A DNA stretch of 64,000 bases. Source: Candidatus Latescibacterota bacterium (GTDB lineage: Bacteria; Latescibacterota; UBA2968; GCA-2709665). This document shows, one piece after another, positions 29,321 to 38,317 of the stretch. The stretch spans positions 608,001 to 672,000 of the forward strand of contig CAXXXF010000006.1 in assembly GCA_963667175.2 (NCBI GenBank), written 5' to 3'. The notes beneath the pieces are model-generated. The model was not told the origin of the DNA, did not search any database, and worked only from the letters and a program-made list of their open reading frames with translations. Position numbers and translations under genes: made by a program. How positions within the stretch are numbered: the stretch's first letter is position 1; each line of letters opens with the position of its first letter.

Positions 29321-30403
29321 ATGTCGGACATTCCGTACCTCATCGCAGACAGCCACCTGGACCTCGGGTTCAGCGCGATTCAGGTCAACCGCGACCTCAC
29401 GCAACCGGCCGCGACCGTCCGCGTCCACGACGCCGAGCCCGTGATGCGCAGCTTCGGAAGCTGCACCGTCACCTTTCCGGAACTTCGCCGGGGCAACGTG
29501 GGCATCGTCTTCGGCACGATGATGTCCCGGACCGACCCCAATGACCGCTGGACCCGTACGGGTATGTACTGCCAGGACCAGTGCCACGGCGTGGGCAGGG
29601 GCCATCTGGCCTATTACCAGGCGATGGAGCGCGAAGGCGTGATTCGTTTCATCCGCAATTCGCGGGACCTGGACGAAACGGTGGCCGCGTGGGAGAACCC
29701 GGCCCCGGATACGCCCATCGGGCTCGTGGTGGCCATGGAAAGCGCCGACCCCATCCTGGACCCGTCCCAGGTCCCCGAATGGTACGATCTCGGGCTTCGA
29801 ATCGTGAGTATTTCCCACTACGGCGTCAGTTCCTACTGCCACGGAACGGGCACCGAGGGCGGGTTGCTGGAGCGCGCTAAACCCCTGCTCGCCGCCCTGA
29901 AGGAAGCGGGGATTATCGTCGACCTGACCCACACGACGGACCAGGCCTTCTGGGAGATCCTGGACGTGTACGACGGGCCCGTGGCCGCCTCTCACCACAA
30001 CTGCCGCGCGCTAACCCCCGGACAGCGCCAGCTTACGGACGACATGATCGAGGCCATCATCGAACGAGGCGGCGTGATCGGCGCCGCATTCGATGCCTGG
30101 ATGCTGGACCCGGACTGGAACCGGGACGTTCCATGCTGGGCCCAGAACACAACAGCCACGCTGGAAACCGTGGTCAATCACGTCGACCACGTCTGCCAGA
30201 TCGCCGGCAACGCAAGGCACGCCGGCATCGGTACGGATCTGGACGGCGGTTTCGGGCAGGAACAGTCCCCGCGCGACCTCAACACCATTGCCGACCTTCA
30301 GAATCTGGTCGGCATCCTCCAGCGCCGCGGCTACGCCGAGCCCGATATTCGCAACATCCTCTCCGGCAACTGGGTCCGATTCCTGAAGGAGGTGTGGGAG
30401 TAG
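29321..30403 (+). CDS. membrane dipeptidase (peptidase M19), paralog
   Basis: ADSHLD, ESAD, VDLTH, ASHHN and IGTDLDGG motifs. Confidence 0.92.
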   Translation: MSDIPYLIADSHLDLGFSAIQVNRDLTQPAATVRVHDAEPVMRSFGSCTVTFPELRRGNVGIVFGTMMSRTDPNDRWTRTGMYCQDQCHGVGRGHLAYYQAMEREGVIRFIRNSRDLDETVAAWENPAPDTPIGLVVAMESADPILDPSQVPEWYDLGLRIVSISHYGVSSYCHGTGTEGGLLERAKPLLAALKEAGIIVDLTHTTDQAFWEILDVYDGPVAASHHNCRALTPGQRQLTDDMIEAIIERGGVIGAAFDAWMLDPDWNRDVPCWAQNTTATLETVVNHVDHVCQIAGNARHAGIGTDLDGGFGQEQSPRDLNTIADLQNLVGILQRRGYAEPDIRNILSGNWVRFLKEVWE

Positions 30404-30406
30404 GAG

Positions 30407-30446
30407 AACGTGGCAGGGGCCACGCATGCGTCGCCCCTGCCACGTT
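30407..30446. repeat. REP-like palindrome / terminator
   Basis: AACGTGGCAGGGGCCACGCATGCGTCGCCCCTGCCACGTT followed by a T run; resembles GTAG-family REPs. Confidence 0.65.
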
Positions 30447-30466
30447 TTTTTACAAACCTGGACAGT

Positions 30467-31936
30467 ATGCCTCCCAAACCGAACCTTCTCCTGATTACAA
30501 CCGACCAGCAGCGCGGCGACTGCCTCGGGTGCGACGGCCATCCGGTACTGGAGACCCCTTATCTGGATGAGTTGGCCGAAGGCGGGGCGCGATTCAACCA
30601 CGCCTACACTTCCGTGCCCTCCTGCACCCCTGCCCGCGCGGGTATCCTCACCGGGATGGACCAGTGGAACCACGGCCGGCTCACGATGACGGGCGCCGAC
30701 CCGCTCGAGTACCCGGCCACGCTGCCCGGCGAACTCGCCAATGCGGGCTATCACACCCAGGCCGTGGGCAAAATGCACTTCCACCCCCAGCGCAGACTCT
30801 ACGGCTTCCACCATATGGTCCTGGACGAGAGCGGGCGGCGTCTGGGCAACTTCATCAGCGACTACCATCAGTTCTTCGATCGACACAAAGAGGGCGAATA
30901 CGGGTACCGGGACCACAGCGTGGACTGGAACTCCTGGATGGCCCGCCCGTCCCATTTGCCGGAACACCTGCACCCCACCCACTGGACGGCCTCCGAAGGC
31001 ATCCGATTCCTTGAGAATCGAGACCCGACCAAACCCTTCTTCCTCTGGCTGTCTTTCGCCCGCCCCCATTCCCCGTACGACGCGCCGCAGACCTACTACG
31101 ACATGTACATTGACAATCCCGATGTGCCCGAAGCGGTCGTTGGTACGTGGTCGGCCCGATACGACCGGCAAATCGCCGACGTAAACGCCCCGCGTACCCG
31201 CCGCACCGATGCCGAGACCCATCGTGCGCGCGCGGCCTATTACGGCAACGTCACCTTCATCGACCATCAGATCGGCCGCGTCCTGCACGAACTGCGCCGG
31301 CGCGACCCAAAGGCCGCGGCCAACACCCTGATCCTGTTCACGTCCGACCACGGCGACATGATGGGCGACCACCACCACTGGCGAAAGACCTACGCGTATG
31401 AAGGCTCCGCCCGCGTCCCCTTCATTCTCAAATTCCCGGAAACCTGGGAAATTCCCCGCAGCCGGACGCTGGCTCAGCCGGTGGAACTGCGAGACATTAT
31501 GCCCACGTTTCTCGATGCCGCGGGCGTATCCATCCCCGAATCCGTAGACGGCTTCAGCCTGTTGGATTTGTGTCGGGGAAGTACCGACGGATGGCGCCAG
31601 TTCGTACAGGGCGAGCACACCACCTGTTACGACAAAGAACACGGCATGCAATACGTTACGGACGGCCGCGAAAAGTACATCTGGTTCCATCATACCGGGG
31701 CCGAGCAATTCTTCGACCTGGAGGCCGACCCATCGGAGTGCATTGACCTCGCGGCCGATGCCGATCGGCAATCACGCATCGACGACTGGCGGGGACGCCT
31801 GGCAGAACTCAACGAAGAACGCGGCGATCCCAGGGGCCGGAACGGCGAACTGGCGCCTCAACCCGACGGCGCGCTGTCGCTGTCGCCCAACTACGAGAGG
31901 TGGAAACAGCGGGCGAAAGCGCTGGAACGCGGGTAA
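30467..31936 (+). CDS. arylsulfatase family protein
   Basis: TDQQR, CTPARAGILTG, GKMH and TSDHGDM motifs. Confidence 0.93.
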   Translation: MPPKPNLLLITTDQQRGDCLGCDGHPVLETPYLDELAEGGARFNHAYTSVPSCTPARAGILTGMDQWNHGRLTMTGADPLEYPATLPGELANAGYHTQAVGKMHFHPQRRLYGFHHMVLDESGRRLGNFISDYHQFFDRHKEGEYGYRDHSVDWNSWMARPSHLPEHLHPTHWTASEGIRFLENRDPTKPFFLWLSFARPHSPYDAPQTYYDMYIDNPDVPEAVVGTWSARYDRQIADVNAPRTRRTDAETHRARAAYYGNVTFIDHQIGRVLHELRRRDPKAAANTLILFTSDHGDMMGDHHHWRKTYAYEGSARVPFILKFPETWEIPRSRTLAQPVELRDIMPTFLDAAGVSIPESVDGFSLLDLCRGSTDGWRQFVQGEHTTCYDKEHGMQYVTDGREKYIWFHHTGAEQFFDLEADPSECIDLAADADRQSRIDDWRGRLAELNEERGDPRGRNGELAPQPDGALSLSPNYERWKQRAKALERG

Positions 31937-32053
31937 CCCCGGTTCTATGCCGAGGAGGCCGGGCCGGTGATGCTCGAGGAATTCGCAAAAGACGCCTGAT
32001 AGGTAAAAAAGAGGCGCGGGCCGCGTTGCGCGCCAACATTGTGCGAGGAGATC

Positions 32054-32527
32054 ATGCCTGTGAAATACTGGCTGATGAAGTGCGAACTCAACGAATGCAG
32101 CTTCGACGACCTGAAGCATAATCGCCCCGACAGCACGGGCAAATGGCGGGGGGTGCGCAACTACCAGGCGAGAAATTTCATCCGCGACGACATGAGAACC
32201 GGCGACGTCGTCCTCTTCTACCAGTCCAACTGCGACGAACCCGGTATCGCGGGCCTGGCGGAGATTGTGCGGGCGGCCTATCCCGACCCCTCGGCTCTCG
32301 ACCCGGACAGCAACTATTACGACGTCAAATCCACGCCGGACGACCCCCGTTGGTTCTCGGTGGACGTCAAATGGAAAAAGGCCTTCGAGACCTACGTGCA
32401 TCTCAAAGACCTGAAGGCGAACCCCAAACTGAAGGAAATGCTTGTTGTCCGCCGGGGTCAGCGGCTATCCATCCAGCCCGTCAAAAAGCGGGAATTTGAT
32501 ATCGTCCGTGAAATGGGAGGAGTCTGA
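32054..32527 (+). CDS. EVE domain-containing protein
   Basis: YWLMKCE, W.GVRNYQARNF, GD..LFY.S and RLSIQPV motifs. Confidence 0.93.
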   Translation: MPVKYWLMKCELNECSFDDLKHNRPDSTGKWRGVRNYQARNFIRDDMRTGDVVLFYQSNCDEPGIAGLAEIVRAAYPDPSALDPDSNYYDVKSTPDDPRWFSVDVKWKKAFETYVHLKDLKANPKLKEMLVVRRGQRLSIQPVKKREFDIVREMGGV

Positions 32528-32585
32528 TGCGCCTCGCCTCCTGTTGTTTTATCCGCCCGCCCGTCCGTACCACGGCACAATCCGA

Positions 32586-33422
32586 TCAAGGCGCTTCCGG
32601 AACTTCCACCGGCAGATCCAGCCGGTCGCCCCATTCCTTCCACGACCCGATATAGTTGCGCACGTTCTCATATCCCAACAGGCGCAACGCCAGGTACGAA
32701 TGGGAGGAACGGTACCCGCCCTGTCAGTAACACGCCACCGTCTGCTCCGGCGTCACGCCGGCCCGCTCGTACATCGCTCGCAGCTGAGCCCCCGGCTTGA
32801 ACGCGCCGGACTCGTCCAGGTTGTTCAGATACTCGATATGCACGGCATCGGGCACGGCGCCGGCCCGGGCTGAGCGCGCCACCCGCCCGTAATACTCGTC
32901 GTCGCTGCGCGTATCCAGCGGTACGAAATCCGTGCTTCCGAGCGAGTCCCGAATCTCCTCGTAGCCGATATGACGCCCCTCCACCGGCGCGGCTTCGAAC
33001 GTTCCCGCGTTCGGAACCGGGGCCTCCCGCGTCGTCGCATATCCCGCCGCCGTCCAGGCCCCCAGCCCGCCGTCCAGCACATGCACATCCCGGTGACCCA
33101 GGTATTCGCAGATCCAGAAACCCCGCGCCGCCCGCATCCCCGAGTCGTTTTCGTAAAACACGACCATGGCATCGGAGCCGATCCCCCGGCTTCCCATCAG
33201 GTAGGCCAGGGTCCACATGAACGCTTCGAAGGCCTCCTGTCCGGTGTTGTTCAGACTGATTCCGTAGAGGTCCAGGTGCAGCGCCCCCGGAATATGCCCC
33301 GAGACGTATTCGTGGGTGGGCCGGACGTCCACGATGCGCGTCGCTCCGTCGTGGAGGCGCCCATGCAACTGCACGGGCGTCGTCAACAGATCAGGATTCG
33401 CATATCCTTTTTCATTCATCAC
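32586..33422 (-). CDS. two-domain rhodanese/sulfurtransferase with selenocysteine (TGA at 32726-32724)
   Basis: GHIPGA and LDTRS..EY.G motifs; after the TGA the frame continues [31 protein letters not shown] to the stop at 32586. Confidence 0.88.
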
Positions 33423-34483
33423 CGTCCCTCCTGCTCGTAATACGCGCTGACTTCAATACATCGCCCGCCCTGCCGGGCAGAGTCCCATCCCGCAAGGATC
33501 GGCGCCAGCGAATACAGTCCATCGTGATAATCATTCAGGATCCTTCCACGATCACCGGAACGCACCGCCTCCACAAAGACCCGATCCTGCACAAACCAGG
33601 GGTCGAAGTCTCCGGAACGATAGACCGTGTCGCCGTTCAGATCGATCTGATCGTAATTGAATATCTCCAGCCGCCCGCCCTCGAAGAAGAACGTGAACCA
33701 CGGCTGCGGCGTTCCCGACGGGTCCGCACGTACAAACGTCATGGTCATCGTCGCGCCGTTATTCATCAGGAAATGGAAGGAGGACGAAAGCGGTTCGCTG
33801 AAGACCTCCGACCGCTCACAATAAAACGCCTGGACCTTCTCCACCTCCAATCCGGTCATAAACCGGGTGTAATCCACGGCGTGCACACCCCAATCGAGCG
33901 CCGGACCGCCCGACTTGCCCATCTGGTGCCACCAGGACTTCCGGTCCATCCGCGTCTTCAAAGACGGCGCGCGCCCCACGGACCGAAACACGGCGTGCAC
34001 GATCCGCTTCTCCGACAGAATGCGCCGCGCCTCCTGGAACAGCGGCCGATACCGTTCCCGAAAACAGACCGTGCTCAACACGCCTGCCTTCCGAACCGCC
34101 CGGTCGATCTCGAGCGCCACGCACATCCGAATCGCCTGCGGTTTTTCGCTGAACAGATGAATCCCCCGTTCCACGGCTCCGACTTCGACGTCGGTGCGCG
34201 CAAAGGCCGGCACCACGGAAAAGAGCACGTCGAACCGCTCGTTCTCGACCATCTCGCGCCCATCGGCATAGACCGCGGGAATGTCAAAGCGCTCTGCAGT
34301 GCGGCTCAGGGCCTGCACGTCCACGTCACAGGCCGCTACGACGTCCACGCCCAGCTTTTTCAGGTTCGGAATATGGGTCCGGTTCGCCCATGACCCTGTG
34401 CCGTAAATCGCGGCGCGAACCGGCCTTCCGGAAATCCTCGCCGAATCCGTCGGCAGGTCTTCGTCTTCCGGTCTCCCTGCCAC
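33419..34483 (-). CDS. Gfo/Idh/MocA family oxidoreductase
   Basis: AIYGTGSWA, HLFSEKP and GG..LDWGVH..D motifs; start approximate. Confidence 0.9.
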   Translation of the reverse strand: MAGRPEDEDLPTDSARISGRPVRAAIYGTGSWANRTHIPNLKKLGVDVVAACDVDVQALSRTAERFDIPAVYADGREMVENERFDVLFSVVPAFARTDVEVGAVERGIHLFSEKPQAIRMCVALEIDRAVRKAGVLSTVCFRERYRPLFQEARRILSEKRIVHAVFRSVGRAPSLKTRMDRKSWWHQMGKSGGPALDWGVHAVDYTRFMTGLEVEKVQAFYCERSEVFSEPLSSSFHFLMNNGATMTMTFVRADPSGTPQPWFTFFFEGGRLEIFNYDQIDLNGDTVYRSGDFDPWFVQDRVFVEAVRSGDRGRILNDYHDGLYSLAPILAGWDSARQGGRCIEVSAYYEQEGR

Positions 34484-34487
34484 GTCC

Positions 34488-35765
34488 CTACCCCCTGGCA
34501 AGCGACGCCGCCGTCTGTACTATGGTTTGCTCCTCACCCTGGAATCTGGCCGGTTCACCGTAATAGGGGTACGCGTTGGGCTCGTACCCCCCCTCCTCGT
34601 ATTGCCGGTCGGTACAGAGGTATCCGATCTCGTCGTTCGCGTATCCCACGGGCCATATATCATCTGCGTCGACAAGCCCCTTCAGTCGTTTCTCGATCGC
34701 GTGTCCGATTTCCTGAACCGGCTCGCCGGGAATGGTGACGCACGTCAGCGGGCCCACCGCCATCAACTGCATCTCCGTCGCGCGGCTCCCGGGAATGCCG
34801 CCGCGTTCGATCATCTTCAAGACGCCGCTCGCCCACTGCCCGGTCAGCAGGCGGCCTCTCGTGCTTTCGTCGTCCGCCATCTCCCGCAGTTTCTCTATCG
34901 GATCGTGTTCGCCGAATGGAATCGGCACGTCGGAACGCCGCGCGTTCAGCTGCGAGGACCGCCGGGTCTTCAGACTCCCGGCCACGCGCACCACCTCCCG
35001 TCCCAACTCCTCCCCGCACGCATCCAGTTCTGCCTTGCTTGCCGACTTGAAGCGCGCCGTCTCGGGGTCCACCACGGCCGGTCGGATATTTCCGAAACAC
35101 CCCGCCAGATACAAGGCCTTGCATCCGATGGACTCTTCGATCACCCTGCGGGCGATTCCGGCGTAATCCGGCGAAATATAGCCCTCGGACCCGCTCTTTG
35201 TCGTGGTATGGCAGGAATAGTGAAACAGCACCGCCAGCGGCGCCCCATCCTCCGCTTCCACGAGAAGCACACGGGCGCGCCGGTCCACGATACCGCCGAA
35301 GTTCAACGTCATGCTGGACGTGCCGGGCAATGGCCTGCGGCAGATATTGAAATGCGCCGACCCACAGCCCACCCCGAACCGGACCGGCCTCAGACCCGCC
35401 GCCGCCCGCGCGATGCTGTCCGCGGTTGCGATCTCGATCCTCTCCAGCCATCCTTCGGGCGGCTGCATGCCCAGCGATGGCAGCGTGGCCGGCGCCGAAT
35501 GCGTGTGGCTGCACGCCACCATCACGTGATCACCCGGGATACCGCATGCCTCCTGGACCCGCGCGCGGATCCGATCGGTCGTCTCCTTCGTCACCCCGAT
35601 GACGTCGAGGGTGGCGATCGCCGTCCTCACCTCCGCCTCTTCGAACACGATCGCACGGACTTCGAGCGGGTACAGTACCGAATGGGACGGATTCGTACTC
35701 CAGTGCCCCTGAAGCACGGGACCCGGCTCGGGCGTAATATCCGCCGTCGCAACGCCACTTTTCAT
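34488..35765 (-). CDS. neutral/alkaline ceramidase-like hydrolase
   Basis: ADITP, CSHTHSAP, YSCH, ISPDYAG, IPGE and GYAND..GY motifs. Confidence 0.85.
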   Translation of the reverse strand: MKSGVATADITPEPGPVLQGHWSTNPSHSVLYPLEVRAIVFEEAEVRTAIATLDVIGVTKETTDRIRARVQEACGIPGDHVMVACSHTHSAPATLPSLGMQPPEGWLERIEIATADSIARAAAGLRPVRFGVGCGSAHFNICRRPLPGTSSMTLNFGGIVDRRARVLLVEAEDGAPLAVLFHYSCHTTTKSGSEGYISPDYAGIARRVIEESIGCKALYLAGCFGNIRPAVVDPETARFKSASKAELDACGEELGREVVRVAGSLKTRRSSQLNARRSDVPIPFGEHDPIEKLREMADDESTRGRLLTGQWASGVLKMIERGGIPGSRATEMQLMAVGPLTCVTIPGEPVQEIGHAIEKRLKGLVDADDIWPVGYANDEIGYLCTDRQYEEGGYEPNAYPYYGEPARFQGEEQTIVQTAASLARG

Positions 35766-35817
35766 GGTTTTCTCCTCCTTTGACGTGTCGGGATGACGAG
35801 GTTCACGGTCGACACCC

Positions 35818-36168
35818 CTATGGTTGCCAGGAAATTCGCACACGCCCACCCCGAATTGTAACTACGGCCCGGTTTTCCAAGGCAGCACTGTGTCTTTCAA
35901 AAACCTGTGACATTACGGCGATCCGTTGGTCTACCGGCACATCCGGAAGACGCACCAACCCCGCGTGACTGGCCCGTCTGACATAGATGAGCTCTCCGAA
36001 GTCTGTATCGATCGTCAGAAGGATTCTACCAGCAGCCTCGGCTTGTTTCAGCAGTTCCCAGTCGCCTGGATCCTGTCCAAGCTCCCGGGACTCAACCACG
36101 TCGTGTCCCTGGTCTCTCAGCCAAACCGAGAGACGGTGACCAACGCACCTGTCGACGAGGAATTTCAC
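35818..36168 (-). CDS. DUF5615 PIN-like toxin
   Basis: MKFLVD...GHDV...D...A....RILLT.D.DFGEL; overlaps the DUF433 stop. Confidence 0.9.
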   Translation of the reverse strand: MKFLVDRCVGHRLSVWLRDQGHDVVESRELGQDPGDWELLKQAEAAGRILLTIDTDFGELIYVRRASHAGLVRLPDVPVDQRIAVMSQVFERHSAALENRAVVTIRGGRVRISWQP

Positions 36169-36416
36169 GATTCCAAGACCGCAATGGCGTCAAGTGAATC
36201 TCTGGCGATACAGGCGTGCGCATAGGCGGCACATGCCCGAATATCATCCGGTTCCAGTTCGGGGTAATCTTCCAGGATAGCATCAGTCGACACGCCCTTT
36301 GCCAGCAGGCTAAGGACAATCTCGACCGATATTCTCATATCGCGAATAATAGGTTTTCCGCCAAAAACGTCAGGACGAGCAGTAATTCGACTAAGCAGTT
36401 CGTTATTGCTGGTCAT
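36165..36416 (-). CDS. DUF433 antitoxin
   Basis: RIT..P.VFGGKPIIR..RI.V...L...IL.DYP.L...DI.A; GGAGG RBS. Confidence 0.92.
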   Translation of the reverse strand: MTSNNELLSRITARPDVFGGKPIIRDMRISVEIVLSLLAKGVSTDAILEDYPELEPDDIRACAAYAHACIARDSLDAIAVLES

Positions 36417-36757
36417 GTCACCTCCGATGTTGGAACGGAAAAACGGCCTGCGGCTATCGTTTCGGAATATAACACACACGTTGCCAAAAATAGTCCGAGC
36501 GGCCATGATTCTTCCTGTGCAAGCCTCGCTCGAACCCGAAAAAAAGCCAGCCTGTCCAACACCTGACAGGCTCACGCCACATCTGTTTCCGTGGAGGTCT
36601 AGCTCTGGCATGTTCGAAGTCATCAGCCCATAAAACGACGCCGGGGCGAAAGCACTCGCCCCGGCAACGCTAAACCCCTCCCCCGCGGCTTCTTGCCGGT
36701 TACAGGCATTTCCTCGCGCGCGGTATCTTCCCTTACGCTAACTGGTCGCCAGCGCCT

Positions 36758-37483
36758 TCAATACGAGAAACCGAGACTGGCGCCACCCCAGACCCGTGTC
36801 GGCTCGCCTCCGTCTTCAACGATGTCTTCGATCCTCCGAATGACACCGATGGTCGCAGAGGCTGAAAAAAGGCTGCGACTTGCGCTCAGTGAAACCGAAC
36901 CGCCCACGTGGTTGAATTCGAACTTGTCGGTGGCGTCGCTGTATCCGACGTCGCCGGACACCCCAACCGAAACGTCGCCCTCGGAGGTCAGCGGGACGTC
37001 ATGGCCGATGCTGCCGTTGACGTACCAGTAATCGAACTGGCCCAGGTCGCGGTAGAGCGTTAGAGAGGGCGACAGAATTTTATCCAGACTCAGGCCGGCG
37101 AAAAACTCCGTGGTGAGTCTGTCGCCCTTGTCCAGGCTCGGAAACGTGTATTGAATCATGCCCACGGTAAGGCCGACGTCCTGGTACTGTTCTCCCAGGC
37201 TGCGGTCGTAGGTAAGCGTGAAGTCCAGTTCATCTCCCGCGTCCTGAATGCTCCGTTGTTTCAGAGCGGCGGAGCCCCAGACGTTGAACGCGAATCCGGA
37301 TTCCCCAAAGCCGATGGTGAGCGAGGGCTGCGCGGTGGGCTTGTTCGTGAAGCCGATGCCGCGGAAAATATAGTGGGAGACAAGATCCACGCCCCCCTCA
37401 ACGGAGACGTTCCCGATCTGTGCGAACGCCGGACTCGCAAGCAGGCCAAGGCTGAGGACAACAATGATCGTACGGGTTGGCAT
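36758..37483 (-). CDS. outer-membrane protein, TIGR02001/TorF-like putative porin
   Basis: Signal peptide; S.YIFRGI, WGS and ELD motifs; C-terminal aromatic residue. Confidence 0.75.
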   Translation of the reverse strand: MPTRTIIVVLSLGLLASPAFAQIGNVSVEGGVDLVSHYIFRGIGFTNKPTAQPSLTIGFGESGFAFNVWGSAALKQRSIQDAGDELDFTLTYDRSLGEQYQDVGLTVGMIQYTFPSLDKGDRLTTEFFAGLSLDKILSPSLTLYRDLGQFDYWYVNGSIGHDVPLTSEGDVSVGVSGDVGYSDATDKFEFNHVGGSVSLSASRSLFSASATIGVIRRIEDIVEDGGEPTRVWGGASLGFSY

Positions 37484-37684
37484 GGCTTCCATACCTCCAT
37501 TCTGTTTCGGTGATTTCCCCATTGGGTCACGCCAGGACCGAACGTCAATCGTGCTTGCGTGGCGGCACGTCGGGGAAAGAACCCGGGAGAGGTTAGCGGA
37601 TTGGCGTCTGCAATCTGAATGACGCAGATCGCTTTACCGGATCGGAATCAATACACAAGACGCTTTCATGCGCCTAAACGAATA

Positions 37685-37713
37685 ATCTTAGGGCCACGCG
37701 GGTTCAATGTCAA
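37685..37713 (-). promoter_or_regulatory. sigma70 promoter for the TorF-like porin with a ~190-nt leader
   Basis: Minus-strand TTGACA-17-TAAGAT. Confidence 0.65.
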
Positions 37714-37759
37714 GTTGAATTTAAGAAGCTGCTTTTAAGATTGGCGACGCGACCGTACG

Positions 37760-38293
37760 CTATTCGGGCGGGCCGGCCGTTCGAGTGTGTTCCGAACGGA
37801 GATCCAGGAGGACCTTTCCCTGGCCATCCTTCAGGACAAGCGTCGTCTCGTATTTGTCGGCGCCCGCGAACCGGTCGACGATCTTTCCCTCCCACCCCGA
37901 ACCGAAATCCACGTATTCCCACGTCATCGTTTCCGACTTGTCGTCCCACGCGCCAATCCAGAAACTGCTTCCGCCTTCGGAATCGAACGCCCACTTGTGA
38001 TACCTGCCGCTGCTGACTTCGAAGCGGTGGATCTCACGAGTAGTCTCCGTCTTGCCGGTATGGCTGGATATCTGCTGGTATTGGCCGCCCAGTATCCACT
38101 CTCCCGTCGCCGCGCCCGTCATGACACCGTTCACAGGCGTCCAGGCCGCGGGTTTGAAAACGGTGTGATGCTTCCAGTCGCCATGCCACCTGGCGAGGGC
38201 CGTTGCATCCATCGATTCTTCAGCCGCTCCGGAACCAGCGGCCAATGACACCGCGAAACCAATCGCGGTCGCCGCCCGGTATATCGTTCTCAT
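37760..38293 (-). CDS. secreted DUF1579-like protein
   Basis: Signal peptide; L..W.G.W, WILGG and W.FDS.G motifs. Confidence 0.65.
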   Translation of the reverse strand: MRTIYRAATAIGFAVSLAAGSGAAEESMDATALARWHGDWKHHTVFKPAAWTPVNGVMTGAATGEWILGGQYQQISSHTGKTETTREIHRFEVSSGRYHKWAFDSEGGSSFWIGAWDDKSETMTWEYVDFGSGWEGKIVDRFAGADKYETTLVLKDGQGKVLLDLRSEHTRTAGPPE

Positions 38294-38317
38294 ATACCGC
38301 CTCTTTCTGAACAAGAC

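Noticed and set aside
30011-31771. Long antisense ORFs (also 5224-6564, 11147-12409, 18238-19434, 34527-35783)
   Set aside because: Shadows of well-supported genes in GC-rich DNA, with no recognisable motifs
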